Source: Verrucomicrobiota bacterium (GTDB taxonomy: Bacteria; Verrucomicrobiota; Verrucomicrobiia; Limisphaerales; CANJXF01). From it: a stretch of 64,000 bases of DNA. The DNA is taken from assembly GCA_038214755.1 (NCBI GenBank), contig JBBQRQ010000004.1:1-64000 (forward strand), written 5' to 3'. Both the position numbers and the translations under genes were made by a program. This document shows, piece by piece, positions 55,599 to 64,000 of the stretch. A model generated the notes under the pieces. It saw only the letters and a program-made list of their open reading frames with translations. It was not told the DNA's origin and did not search any database. Each line of letters starts with the position of its first letter. The stretch's first letter is position 1.

Positions 55599-55815
55599 AC
55601 TGGTGGTCACAACCGGTGCCATGGAAAGCGGCGGAGGGCCGCCGCACTCCAAGACGCTCGCGCGAATTTCAAGGTCAACTGTGTATGAACGGCGCGAAGC
55701 GTCTTGGAGTGCGCCAGTCCTCTGGCGCTTTTGTTTGACCGCCAGTTTAAATCACACCCCGCGACATCCAGCGGGTTGCAAACCCGCGATACAGCAGGTT
55801 AAAAACTGGCGCTAC
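55525..55815. repeat. GTAGCGCAG-family palindromic element interrupted by MITE copy 4
   Basis: Halves 55525-55585 and 55760-55815 rejoin into an element like 53621-53769. Confidence 0.85.
55586..55759. mobile_element. MITE, GGGTGTGATT-ended, copy 4 (cargo type B)
   Basis: TIR GGGTGTGATTTAAACTGG/CCAGTTTAAATCACACCC; perfect 9-bp duplication CGCGACATC. Confidence 0.92.
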
Positions 55816-55886
55816 GACACCGATTTGCGCGGCGCGCGACAAGCGCAAATAGTTTTTTCACGACGAACAATTATTTTTTTAAAATC

Positions 55887-56612
55887 ATGAAATTAAAATC
55901 CAGTTCCTCCAAACATCTCGCCAGACCCGGCTTTCGTTTCGTTGCGCCTGCGTTCTTTCTCTATCTGTCACTTGTCGCTCCGCTGCTGGCCGGCGAAAAA
56001 TATCTTTCGCCCAATCATCCCGACGGCGTGGCGCTGCTCGCGCCTCCGCCCCTCGCCGAATCCTCCGAGCAAGCGGCTGATCTCGCTTCGGCGCGATCCG
56101 TTTTTAAATACCGAACGCCAGCGGAAGAGACGCGGGCGTTTCAAGACGCTAGTCTTTCCATTTTTTCTTTTGCGCCAGCCATTGGGCCGATTTTTCAGCC
56201 GGGCAAACTGCCGAAGGCCGAAGCGTTTTTTGAGAGAGTGAAAACGGAAATCAAAGACGCGGTGAACACGCCCAAAGAATATTGGAAACGTCCGCGCCCC
56301 TATGAAAAAGATAAAAAATTATCGCTCGGAAAACCGGAAAACAGTTTCAGTTATCCGAGCGGCCACTCGACTCGGGGGACGGTTCAAGCACTGTTGCTCG
56401 CGGAATTATTTCCAGAAAAACGCGAGGCCATTCTCGAAGTCGGCCGCAATATTGGATGGGACCGGGTGCTGATTGGGAAACATTATCCAACGGACATTTA
56501 TGCCGGACGAGTTTTGGGAAAAGCCATCGTGCGTGAGTTGATGGCCAATCCAGATTTTCAACACGACCTCGCGGAAGTGAAAGCGGAAGTGGGGGCGGCG
56601 GAAAAACTTTAA
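55887..56612 (+). CDS. Class A acid phosphatase (PAP2 superfamily), secreted
   Basis: K.YWKRPRP, SYPSGH, RVLIGKHYPTD. Confidence 0.92.
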   Translation: MKLKSSSSKHLARPGFRFVAPAFFLYLSLVAPLLAGEKYLSPNHPDGVALLAPPPLAESSEQAADLASARSVFKYRTPAEETRAFQDASLSIFSFAPAIGPIFQPGKLPKAEAFFERVKTEIKDAVNTPKEYWKRPRPYEKDKKLSLGKPENSFSYPSGHSTRGTVQALLLAELFPEKREAILEVGRNIGWDRVLIGKHYPTDIYAGRVLGKAIVRELMANPDFQHDLAEVKAEVGAAEKL

Positions 56613-56628
56613 TGCGCCCGGTCTTCGT

Positions 56629-56719
56629 GGGTAGCATCTGCCTCCGGCGGGTGCGAAATCACCTTTTTATTTTTCAGGAAAATAATTCTCCACGCACCCG
56701 CCGGAGGCAGATGCTACCC
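56629..56719. repeat. REP doublet, GGGTAGCATCTGCCTC family
   Basis: Inverted pair between convergent genes. Confidence 0.88.
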
Positions 56720-56743
56720 GGTGATAATTTTCCGAGCTGAATT

Positions 56744-59413
56744 CTACCGGATTTTTAACAACTCCGCTTCCGTCCATGCTTCGTTGCGGCCCGTCGTAGC
56801 GTCGCGAACTTTTTTGACAGTGGCCGCATCCACCGGTGATGCGCCGTGCTCCCATTCGCGGCGGATGTAGGTCAGCAGTGACGCGATTTGTTCATCATCA
56901 AAAACAGCTAGTGACGGCATTTCCATTTCGTAGCTTTTTCCTTTCACATCGATTTTGCCACGCAATCCATGGAGGATGATTCGGGCGATTCGTTCAGACG
57001 GACCCAACACCCATTCGGAATCAGCCAGCGGCGGGGCAAGGCCTTCCATGCCTAACCCAGTCAGTTGATGGCAAGCGGCGCAACTGGCCGCGTAGAGATC
57101 TCGTCCTGCGGTAAATTGTTTTTCCTGTTCCGCAGTGAGCGGGAGAATTTTCGGGGGAGGGATGTAACCCGGTTGCCCAGGCCAGGTGACCAGAGTGGAA
57201 ATTTTTTCCAACCGCTCCGACAATTCCTTGTTTTGAATTTTGCGAAGCGCGGCGAAACCCATTGGCTCGGAAATAAAATACAATTGTTTTTGCGCGGGCG
57301 ACGCTTTCTTGCCTTTGGCAACGGGTGTTCCTGTGGAAATAATTCCGTCCAGCAACGCGGCTTGTTGCCAGGCGGAGGCGGTTGCGGCCCACTCGAACAC
57401 GCGATTGACCCGGTTGGTTTTGCGTTCGTAAAAAATACATTGCGCCAACCCGCTCAAAAATTCCGCGCGCCCGGGTTTCTTTTCATTCCAGTTTTTGTCG
57501 GCCAATAATTTTTCCAAAAATTCCAGTTCGCGTTTGTAAAGTCCGGTCAGCACCGCATCGCGAACATAAATATTGGCGGGGGAATTTTTCGCAATTGCCA
57601 ACATTCCTTGCTCCGCTTTCCAATCGGCAATTTCTCCCAGCGTGAAGGCGAGTTGCAGTTGAACATCGGGATTTAAATCGGAGCTTGTCATCGCAATGAA
57701 AAACTTCAGGAATTTCTGCGCGTCTGCGGACTTGAAAAACGGTTCGGACAAGCGAATGGCCATGGCGCGAACTTTTGCGTCAGGATTTTCGAAAACTTGG
57801 AACAATGTTTTCTCATCCAGTTGCCCTATCCCGTCCAGACTCCAAAGCGCGTGGATTGAGCCGAGGGCCCTTGTCTGGATCCCCAGCGCGGTTGCGCCAG
57901 CTCCACTTCCCACGGTGCCATTAGTCGCCATATTCCTGAGCAGAGGAATTGTTTTGGCCTCGCTCCGTTCGACGAGCAAACGTTGCGCCGTGTCACGCAC
58001 CCAGCCGTTCGGATGGGAAAGATTTCCAACCAATTCAGCGGAAGTTATTTTTGCGAGGTTGATTGGCTTCGGCGATTTGCCATCCGCAATTACGCGATAG
58101 ATGCGCCCCAAACCAATCGGCGCTTGCAAACCGCGCGACTCGGATTGCGCGCGCAAATACGAGGTGAGGAAAATGCGATGCTGCAAAATTCCGCGATACA
58201 GATCGACGATGTAGAGCGCGCCATCGGGAGCGTTGTTTAAATTTACGGGGCGAAATCGTTCGTCGGTGGACGCGAGAAATTCGGCGTTGGTGTAAGCCTG
58301 ACGGCCAGTGACCACTCCATTTTCGTCCTTCAAAATATTTCGCTTGATCAGATTGGCGGACGGTTCGCAAACGAAAGCGTTGCCTCTAAATTCCGCCGGG
58401 AAATTGTCGCCGCGATAAATCAAGGGCGCGCAGGCTGCGGTAAATTTTTCCAGAGTTCCGTCGCGCCGCAAAATTCCCTCGCGATAACCGCGATTGACTC
58501 CGGGCGTGACGCGAATGGGCCACGTCGTCTGATTTTTGATGGGGTCCACATTCAGTCCCGCTGGGTTGCGGCAATTCGGATTGCGCCGCAAATAATAGGA
58601 AGGCACGAGGTCCATGCGGAACTGGTCGCTGTTGGAATTGTAAACGATGCGTCCGTGATCATCCTGCGAAATTCCCCACTGCCCGCGAAAGGTGGTCGGC
58701 TCGCGACGCCATTCGCCATCCTCGTTGCGAAATCGTATCGTGGTGTCAGCGCTATAAATCCAATTGTCCAGCGCCCACATCAAACCATTCGCGGTGTGCT
58801 CGGGACTTTTCGTATCGCCATAATCTTTTGCGACCTCGATTTTTTCGTCCGACTTTCCATCGCCGTTGGTGTCGCGACAGAACCAGAGGTGCGGCGGCTC
58901 GGCGACGAGCAACCCATCGCGGACGAGTGCGAATGCTCGCGGCATAACCAGGCCATCGAGAAAAACGGTGCGCTTGTCCATTTTTCCATCGTGGTCGGTG
59001 TCTTCGAGCACGGCGATTTTTCCGACGGGTTGGTCTTCGCCTTTACCATCGGCGTTGGGCATGTAGCCGCTCATTTCGACGACCCAAATTTTCCCGTCAG
59101 GCGCGAACGTGAGGGCTACTGGATCGTGGACGAGCGGGTCGCTTGCCACAATTTCGATGCGAAACCCGGGGGCGAGCTTGAATGATTTGAGCGCTTGCTC
59201 CGCTGTCAAAACGGGCGCGGGTGGAATTTTCTCCGGCGGGACGGGAGCGATCTGTTGTTCCTTGGAGCCACTGGGGTCTTTCTTGTCGCCATTTTGGGCG
59301 GCCAGATTTAACGCAAAGAAAAGCGCAGCCAGAAAATAAAAAACGGTTGGAGAGATTCTGGCGGCGAAGTGATGGGTAAAAATTCTGGTGTCAGCAGAGG
59401 AAGGTTTCTCCAT
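56744..59413 (-). CDS. PVC-type dehydrogenase-like protein: propeller + HEAT + C-terminal cytochrome c
   Basis: PGFRIEIVASDP, EHTANGL, DERFRPV, PDGALYIVD, CAACHQ..G.G...APPL. Confidence 0.88.
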   Translation of the reverse strand: MEKPSSADTRIFTHHFAARISPTVFYFLAALFFALNLAAQNGDKKDPSGSKEQQIAPVPPEKIPPAPVLTAEQALKSFKLAPGFRIEIVASDPLVHDPVALTFAPDGKIWVVEMSGYMPNADGKGEDQPVGKIAVLEDTDHDGKMDKRTVFLDGLVMPRAFALVRDGLLVAEPPHLWFCRDTNGDGKSDEKIEVAKDYGDTKSPEHTANGLMWALDNWIYSADTTIRFRNEDGEWRREPTTFRGQWGISQDDHGRIVYNSNSDQFRMDLVPSYYLRRNPNCRNPAGLNVDPIKNQTTWPIRVTPGVNRGYREGILRRDGTLEKFTAACAPLIYRGDNFPAEFRGNAFVCEPSANLIKRNILKDENGVVTGRQAYTNAEFLASTDERFRPVNLNNAPDGALYIVDLYRGILQHRIFLTSYLRAQSESRGLQAPIGLGRIYRVIADGKSPKPINLAKITSAELVGNLSHPNGWVRDTAQRLLVERSEAKTIPLLRNMATNGTVGSGAGATALGIQTRALGSIHALWSLDGIGQLDEKTLFQVFENPDAKVRAMAIRLSEPFFKSADAQKFLKFFIAMTSSDLNPDVQLQLAFTLGEIADWKAEQGMLAIAKNSPANIYVRDAVLTGLYKRELEFLEKLLADKNWNEKKPGRAEFLSGLAQCIFYERKTNRVNRVFEWAATASAWQQAALLDGIISTGTPVAKGKKASPAQKQLYFISEPMGFAALRKIQNKELSERLEKISTLVTWPGQPGYIPPPKILPLTAEQEKQFTAGRDLYAASCAACHQLTGLGMEGLAPPLADSEWVLGPSERIARIILHGLRGKIDVKGKSYEMEMPSLAVFDDEQIASLLTYIRREWEHGASPVDAATVKKVRDATTGRNEAWTEAELLKIR

Positions 59414-59749
59414 AAGGAATTAATTCTACTGGTTGTCTGCGTTTTTTTGCGGCGGCGACATTGTTGAAAGATCGCAGTGCGAATCTATAAAAATAAACAG
59501 AGTGAGAAGAGCTTGCCAAGTGTTTCCGCTTGCGGCATCGCCACGATTGGATGCGCTTGATGATCGAAGCGATCCGGACGCGTGGCCTGCAAATTTTTGC
59601 GGCCCTCCAGTAAATGAGCATTTTCGTCTGCATTTAATACATTGGTCTTTTGACGGGGGAATCGAAAAGAAGCCCGGTTGCCCGTGGCAGAGGAGTTGCT
59701 GATTAGAAAACAGACTTGAGTTGTTCGCTTCATTCGAACGGTCACAAGC

Positions 59750-60199
59750 ATGAAGATAAAAAACATAAGTCAAAAACGACTTGGTGAGCTGGAAGGCTTC
59801 ACCCTCCTGGAGGTCTTGGTTTCATTTCTTATCGCAGGGATAGCTATTGGGGGAATTATCAAGGGCTATAGCCTGGCCTCTCGTCGCGCGGAATGGTCGG
59901 CCTATTCGTTGGCTGCTCAAGCAATGGCGGTTAAAGGAATGGAGCAGGTGGTCGCCGCACCGTGGGTTCCTCAATACAATATTGACCAACTGGTTAGCAG
60001 CAATTTTCCGCCTCGGGTTGAATACCTTTGCTTGCCCACTCAACAAACCAATCTGGTCAATGGCACCAACATTACGGTCATCAGCACCTTCTCTACTTCT
60101 CCTTTGATGAAAATGGTGCGGGTGGACTGTGTCTGGACGTTCCTGGACAACCGAATGTTTACCAATAGTGTAGCGACTATCCGGGCGCCTAATTTATGA
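59750..60199 (+). CDS. Prepilin-type (type IV minor pilin/pseudopilin, PilV-like)
   Basis: G-FTLLEVLV class III signal peptide. Confidence 0.85.
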   Translation: MKIKNISQKRLGELEGFTLLEVLVSFLIAGIAIGGIIKGYSLASRRAEWSAYSLAAQAMAVKGMEQVVAAPWVPQYNIDQLVSSNFPPRVEYLCLPTQQTNLVNGTNITVISTFSTSPLMKMVRVDCVWTFLDNRMFTNSVATIRAPNL

Positions 60200-60810
60200 G
60201 ATGCAGCGTCACTTCGAGAGGAATGTTCCCAGGACGACGTGCTTTCACCTTGCTTGAGATCATGGTGGTAATGACGACGTCGTTACTTCTTATCGGGGCA
60301 GTGTTAGGGAGTCATATCTACGGATTGAGAATGTCCGCCAGGATACAGGTTAAGTTAAGCGCGAGTGACGATGCGCGAGAGACCTTAAGCAAGCTGTTGC
60401 AAGATATTCGTTCGGCCCGGAGCTTGCGGATCGGAAGTGGAAGCTGGAGCAGTTTTACCGATGTGGCGGCCAACACGAATCAAGTGGGGAACGCGCTCCA
60501 GATTTATCCCACTGTAGATACGAACAGTTGGATTCGATACTATTATGATCCATCGGACAACACGCTCAAGCGGTCAGTCAATGGAGGCAGCGCAACACTG
60601 GTGACGGCCAACTCGGTCACTAACGATTATATTATCTTCACGGAACAGGATTTTGCCGGGAGGACTTTAACCAACCGAACCCCCATTGGAGTCATCGAAG
60701 TGAACCTGTCGTTTACGAAATTAAAGGATCCGCAGGTGCAGATTGGGCCGGGCAATTACTTCGATTTCTATCAGATCCAAACCAGAATTACTCCACGGGT
60801 CAAATTATAA
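60196..60810 (+). CDS. Prepilin-type (PilW-like)
   Basis: A-FTLLEIMV; ATGA overlap with the previous gene. Confidence 0.85.
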   Translation: MRCSVTSRGMFPGRRAFTLLEIMVVMTTSLLLIGAVLGSHIYGLRMSARIQVKLSASDDARETLSKLLQDIRSARSLRIGSGSWSSFTDVAANTNQVGNALQIYPTVDTNSWIRYYYDPSDNTLKRSVNGGSATLVTANSVTNDYIIFTEQDFAGRTLTNRTPIGVIEVNLSFTKLKDPQVQIGPGNYFDFYQIQTRITPRVKL

Positions 60811-60818
60811 GCATCATC

Positions 60819-63146
60819 ATGCATCTCCAACCTCAAGGCAATAAGCGCGGTTACGCCCTTCTGATTACAATGTGTCTGGCCTGCGTCGGCGCATTGATTC
60901 TGGCGGGGGTGTTGGATTGGGCGTCGCAAAATGCTTTGCTCACCACTAGGAATAACGAGTACTTCACCACCTGTTACGCCGCTGAGGCTGCGACGGAGAA
61001 GGTCTTCGCCAACCTATCGCGGGACTACCAAAACTACGGGGAAGGCGTGGTCTATTCGAGAATACCTCAGTACCTGACCAATCCCCCCTCGACCACCGAC
61101 AGTTCTTACTGGGCTGACTATGAGTTTAACAACGGCGCAGGAGCGGTTAATCGCGTCACCTTGCAAAGAGTCAACCCGACGAACTCTATTCTCCTGGGCG
61201 CGCCTTATGCCGGTCTTCGGTCATTCGGCTCCACTTACCAGACCATTGCCAATGCGAAAAATTCCTCGACGCGCCATCATATTCCTGGAGCAGTCGGACA
61301 AGAGGTTCACCTCGGAACCATTCCTATTTTTCAGTTTGCCATTTTTTATCAGGGAGACATGGAGATCAATCCGGGACCGACTATGAATATTACCGGGCTG
61401 GTTCATGGGAACTCAGATATCTATTTGCAACCACAGTCGGCGTTGAGGTTCTACGATGACATCTCTGCATCTGGCACAATCATCCCCGGTAAAAAGCCGG
61501 GCGACCCGTTGAATCGGACTTCGGGAACCATTACCTATGATGAATACCATTTGAGCGGGGTAAATCCCCTCAACCTTCCTGTCGGCACAAATACCACCGG
61601 TGTGGTGACAAATATCGGTGACAATGTATATGGGATTATAGACCTGCCCGACCTGAGTGAGTTACCCAATTCCGCTGTGGGCACCAATCGTCTTTACAAC
61701 AAAGCAGATTTAATTTTGATTCTTTCAAACAATCTGGTGGTGGTGAAGAGTGGAGTGTCGGTGGACAACTCCGCCACTGTTATACCGACCAATCAATGGA
61801 AACTTTTCCTGCGGACAAACGATAACTTCACCAACAAGCGCGAAAACATCAACGTCCAGGCCACCACCATTGATGTTGAGAAACTGCGGTTATGGAGCGG
61901 GACGAACACCGTCTTGCGTCCACTCCTTGGCAACCGCGATGTTTCCTCCATTTATGTGGCGGACCTTCGTCCTACCAGCAATGCGGTGCTAACCACAAAT
62001 TTCACGGTCTCTACCAACTACACCTTGATTACCAACACGACGCCGACGACCTCCCGGACCTACCCGGCAGCCGATTCCTACTTAGGGCCGGTCAACAACA
62101 CCACTGTATCCACCAATGCGCCCCCGCCCGCACCGGCTGCGCCACCCGCTTTGAACATCACCCCTATTACCACTGGTACCACCGATGTTGTTCCACCGGC
62201 TCCGGGAACTTACACCGGCACGATTACAACTAATACTGCAGCGACAACGACTTCATCGTATCCGTCCGCCGGCACTTATACGGATTCCGTGACGACCAAT
62301 ACGGTTGTGACAAGATCCGACACTTATCCGTCACCTGGAACCTATTTTGGTCCAGTGGTGACAAATAGCACTGGAAAAAGATATACTTACAATCTTATCA
62401 CCGGCTACAGCTACGCCCGCATCACTGGGTATAGCTATAACCTCATTACTTCCTACACCTACCTGCTTCCGGCCTACGCTTATAACAGGATAACGAGTGT
62501 TGGCACCAATACATCGCGGGCAACCAACCTTTTCTACAACACTAACTTCACCGTATTCGCGCAGTCTGGCATTGTTTTGACCAATGGCAGGACGCTACCC
62601 GCTCTCGGTTTGACGGTAGTGACGCCCGATCCGTTGTATATCACGGGAGACTACAACACATCGCTTGATGGCATCTCTTTCTACACCGGTTCGGCGGACA
62701 CGTCGCATGCCCGACCCGCCGCCATCATGGCCGATGCCATCATGGTGCTGTCCACCGCATGGAATCCTGTCAATAGCAGCGGGCTTCTTAGCGCTCGAAT
62801 CGCCGCCAGCACAACTGTCAATGCCGCGTTTCTCTCCGGGATAGTTCCTACTGGCGATGGTTATTACAGCGGTGGAGTGGAAAATTTCCCGCGCTTTCTG
62901 GAGGACTGGTCCAGCCGCACCTTTACCTACAATGGATCAATGGTCGTCATGTTCGATAGCAGGGTTGCCACTGCGCCCTGGCTCGGAACGGGTAGCACGT
63001 ATGGAGTCTATAATCCGCCGATTCGTAGCTGGGCCTTTGATACAAACTTTCTCGATCCGCGCAAGCTTCCGCCACTGACGCCCCAGGTCATCTCCGTAAC
63101 AAGGGGTCGCTGGTCCTTAATTTCGCCCAACACCACGACTTTCTAA
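60819..63146 (+). CDS. Large PilX-like pilin with a Thr-rich repeat insert
   Basis: KRG-YALLIT lacking E5, YAAEAA.E, IPIFQFAIFY..DMEI.PG, GGVENFPRFLEDW, PP.R.WAFD. Confidence 0.8.
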   Translation: MHLQPQGNKRGYALLITMCLACVGALILAGVLDWASQNALLTTRNNEYFTTCYAAEAATEKVFANLSRDYQNYGEGVVYSRIPQYLTNPPSTTDSSYWADYEFNNGAGAVNRVTLQRVNPTNSILLGAPYAGLRSFGSTYQTIANAKNSSTRHHIPGAVGQEVHLGTIPIFQFAIFYQGDMEINPGPTMNITGLVHGNSDIYLQPQSALRFYDDISASGTIIPGKKPGDPLNRTSGTITYDEYHLSGVNPLNLPVGTNTTGVVTNIGDNVYGIIDLPDLSELPNSAVGTNRLYNKADLILILSNNLVVVKSGVSVDNSATVIPTNQWKLFLRTNDNFTNKRENINVQATTIDVEKLRLWSGTNTVLRPLLGNRDVSSIYVADLRPTSNAVLTTNFTVSTNYTLITNTTPTTSRTYPAADSYLGPVNNTTVSTNAPPPAPAAPPALNITPITTGTTDVVPPAPGTYTGTITTNTAATTTSSYPSAGTYTDSVTTNTVVTRSDTYPSPGTYFGPVVTNSTGKRYTYNLITGYSYARITGYSYNLITSYTYLLPAYAYNRITSVGTNTSRATNLFYNTNFTVFAQSGIVLTNGRTLPALGLTVVTPDPLYITGDYNTSLDGISFYTGSADTSHARPAAIMADAIMVLSTAWNPVNSSGLLSARIAASTTVNAAFLSGIVPTGDGYYSGGVENFPRFLEDWSSRTFTYNGSMVVMFDSRVATAPWLGTGSTYGVYNPPIRSWAFDTNFLDPRKLPPLTPQVISVTRGRWSLISPNTTTF

Positions 63147-63149
63147 CCT

Positions 63150-63902
63150 ATGAAGTATCTCAACCGGCACGGTGTAGCTGATGCGGTGGCGTTTATGAAC
63201 CAAAGCGCAGAATCTGATCCACTGGGACTAGATACGACTTACCATCGCCGCAGACCCCACACAGTGCTCGGAAACGGACTGAAGTCTGCGCTCCTTCATC
63301 TCATCAGCCGCATCGTCAGTTTGTTCACGGATCGAACTGCGTGGTTGCGACTCAGCGTGGGTGTCATCTATTTGGGAGTGGCGGTTTCTACTCTAGCCGA
63401 GGGGCGCTTTGAATTATTCGATAGCATGGTCGAACTCGTTGAGGGAGGAACCATCGAGACTAGCGTGATATTAACCGATCACCATCGTATTACCTTTGTT
63501 CCGCCGCCGCGGTTCACGGTGAATGCCAATAAACAATTAAAAAAAATCATCCTGACAGGGGATAACAAAGTCTCCATTGGGATTGAGATAACGACGAATC
63601 ATTTGGGTGGTTTGCCAACGGAAGAAACATTGAAGAAAATTGTTTTGCAGCATTATACCGGGGCGGCGGTTATACGTTCTTCCAGTTGCCGTATTGGGGG
63701 GAAAACAGGTTGGTCGATTGATGCCAATCGAATACTGGGTCGAGGGGAAATGTGGATGACGCGTCACGTCTTTGTGCCGTGGCTGGCTGGGACGATAGAA
63801 TTCACCTTGACCACGGAGGGCCAGAATTTCGAAGCCCAACGGAATATTTTTGGCAACCTTTTAAATTCTTTCCAAGTTGAACCGCTGAAGCCCAAGAGTT
63901 GA
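63150..63902 (+). CDS. Hypothetical exported/membrane protein
   Basis: 250-aa ORF starting 3 bp after the previous stop, with a hydrophobic segment; true start may be later. Confidence 0.55.
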   Translation: MKYLNRHGVADAVAFMNQSAESDPLGLDTTYHRRRPHTVLGNGLKSALLHLISRIVSLFTDRTAWLRLSVGVIYLGVAVSTLAEGRFELFDSMVELVEGGTIETSVILTDHHRITFVPPPRFTVNANKQLKKIILTGDNKVSIGIEITTNHLGGLPTEETLKKIVLQHYTGAAVIRSSSCRIGGKTGWSIDANRILGRGEMWMTRHVFVPWLAGTIEFTLTTEGQNFEAQRNIFGNLLNSFQVEPLKPKS

Positions 63903-64000
63903 TCGCCTGGCTGTTTCGTATCTTAGCCGCGAAGATAATGGCGCTCCTTTCAGGACACCGGCGTATTGACCTTTATCGTTGGCAAAATCTGGCGACCCTA

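Noticed and set aside
59530..59605. Hairpin GCCACG...CGTGGC upstream of the pilin genes as a riboswitch
   Set aside because: No recognisable riboswitch consensus or expression platform; a single imperfect stem is not enough
1..64000. DGR, retron, CRISPR-Cas, RAYT or phage modules
   Set aside because: No reverse transcriptase, cas, HUH transposase, integrase or phage structural motifs in any ORF

Overview
Chromosomal window from a Gram-negative bacterium, most likely Verrucomicrobiota subdivision 3 (Pedosphaera/Limisphaera-like). This is inferred from the PVC-type heme c/HEAT dehydrogenases, secreted proteins ending in an RF(F)YRA domain, the CHASE2-cyclase/FecR pair and the very dense palindromic repeats. 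Housekeeping content: rpsA, HU, lpxK-lpxL-waaF, aroB, gluQ, tRNA-Leu(TAG), a ferredoxin and a LOG-family gene. Accessory content: a propeller/Y_Y_Y histidine kinase with a NarL-type regulator, a type II TA pair, a VWA / Fe-type ABC / NHL cluster lacking an ATPase, a split LigD without Ku, polyamine genes, a sugar-ABC plus myo-inositol oxygenase cluster and a minor-pilin cluster. No CRISPR array, integrase, reverse transcriptase or intact transposase was seen. The most notable unexplained structures are: (1) a MITE family with GGGTGTGATT ends and 9-bp target duplications that wraps interchangeable REP-doublet cargo, one copy nested inside another REP; (2) palindromic repeats from several families inserted in frame inside protein-coding genes; (3) a candidate response-regulator-activated three-hairpin sRNA directly behind the two-component system; (4) two paralogous ~75-aa proteins of possible Sm/Hfq-like fold, each next to repeats; (5) a shared putative C-terminal sorting domain on two unrelated secreted proteins. 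All family assignments come from motifs recognised by eye; no searches were run.
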